Origin: Actinomycetota bacterium
GTDB taxonomy: Bacteria; Actinomycetota; Acidimicrobiia; Acidimicrobiales; VFJN01
Assembly: GCA_049325515.1 (NCBI GenBank)
Contig: JBMOLI010000004.1
Span: forward strand, 152,006 to 216,005
DNA length: 64,000 nt
Direction of reading: 5' to 3'
The first letter of the stretch is position 1. Each line of letters opens with the position of its first letter. This document shows positions 63,453 to 64,000 of this stretch, piece by piece. A model generated the notes under the pieces. The model was not told the DNA's origin. It saw only the letters and a program-made list of their open reading frames with translations, and ran no database searches. A program made the position numbers and the translations under genes.

Positions 63453-64000
63453 GTGCGCGAGGTGCCCAGCTCAATCGCTCAGAAGGTGCTGCGGGCTGGC
63501 GCCCTGTTCGCTGAGCGCGGGTTGGACCAGACCAAGATCGACGATGTCGCTGAGATCACCGGGGTGCCCAAGGCGACGCTCTACTACTACTTCGCCGGCA
63601 AGGAGGAGATCCTCGCCTTCCTCCTGCGCGACACCCTCGTGGCGGTGGCTGACGCTGTCGCGATCGCCGTAGACGCGGCCGGCGCGGCGCGGGACCGGCT
63701 GCTCGGTGTGATCGCCGCCCAGCTGCAGGTCATGGCTGACCAGCCCGATGTGTGCCGCGCTCTCATCAGCGACTTGGGCCGGGCCGGGCGCATCCCCGAC
63801 GTCGCCGTCGCGATCACGGAGGGCTTCTACGCACCGCTCGAGCAGCTGCTTCGCGAGGGCGAGGCGGACGGCTCGCTGCGCCGGCTCACCGACCCGACCG
63901 CCACCGCGGTCGCGATCTTCGGTGCCGTCACCGTCAGCGGACTTTCGCACCTTGTCGTCGGCGGCGGCGGTGTGTCGGTCTCGGACGTCGTCGCGCGGCT
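63453..64000 (+). CDS. TetR/AcrR family transcriptional regulator, 3' end outside the window
   Basis: Absent from the ORF track because there is no stop inside the window. My own translation from GTG 63453 (behind GGGGAG) gives VREVPSSIAQKVLRAGALFAERGLDQTKIDDVAEITGVPKATLYYYFAGKEEILAFLL... The tracked ORF 63471..63950(-) is its antisense shadow. Confidence 0.8.
   Translation, partial: MREVPSSIAQKVLRAGALFAERGLDQTKIDDVAEITGVPKATLYYYFAGKEEILAFLLRDTLVAVADAVAIAVDAAGAARDRLLGVIAAQLQVMADQPDVCRALISDLGRAGRIPDVAVAITEGFYAPLEQLLREGEADGSLRRLTDPTATAVAIFGAVTVSGLSHLVVGGGGVSVSDVVAR

Noticed and set aside
63471-63950. Minus-strand ORF of 159 aa at the window end
   Set aside because: The opposite strand encodes a clear TetR regulator (HTH plus paralogy to 60006..60617) that the ORF track omits because it has no stop inside the window.

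Overview
This is a high-G+C segment (by eye about two-thirds G+C, not computed) that is almost entirely coding. It holds about 60 protein-coding ORFs on both strands. Many are joined by ATGA/GTGA/TGATG stop-start overlaps, and AT-richer islands occur only in the few divergent intergenic gaps. The gene content looks like an Actinomycetota-type lipid/ketone/hydrocarbon catabolic region built from repeated paralogous modules:
- 3 acyl-CoA synthetases and 3 paralogous acyl-CoA dehydrogenases (one frameshifted)
- 3 SCP-x-type thiolase + DUF35 pairs
- 3 type-I Baeyer-Villiger monooxygenases and an ALDH-ferredoxin-P450 operon
- 4 MDR alcohol dehydrogenases, 2 aldehyde dehydrogenases, 3 SDRs, 3 luciferase-like oxidoreductases, 2 alpha/beta hydrolases and a nitronate-monooxygenase-like flavoenzyme
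- an MMPL exporter and a Liv-type ABC importer
- 5 TetR regulators and 1 XRE regulator
- 3 ABC1/UbiB-type atypical kinases (one degenerate)
I saw no rRNA, tRNA, CRISPR array, transposase, integrase or phage gene.
The best candidates for something undescribed are:
(i) A tightly translationally coupled five-gene cassette at 48643-51749: a 2x[4Fe-4S] ferredoxin, a DUF455-like di-iron protein, two orphan proteins and a hydrolase.
(ii) A second orphan protein with a canonical duplicated E...ExxH di-iron signature (27451-28569).
(iii) Three ABC1/UbiB kinase homologues embedded in lipid-handling operons, one of them a pseudokinase.
(iv) Two non-transporter genes (a secreted Ala/Pro-rich protein and a small coiled-coil membrane protein) wired into the middle of the ABC importer operon.
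(v) A reading-frame switch exactly at a C7 homopolymer between the MMPL gene and an XRE-domain ORF.
Several gene relics are also present: an in-frame internally deleted thiolase, a frameshifted acyl-CoA dehydrogenase and a truncated thioesterase. All family calls come from by-eye motif recognition on the supplied translations. No database search was run.
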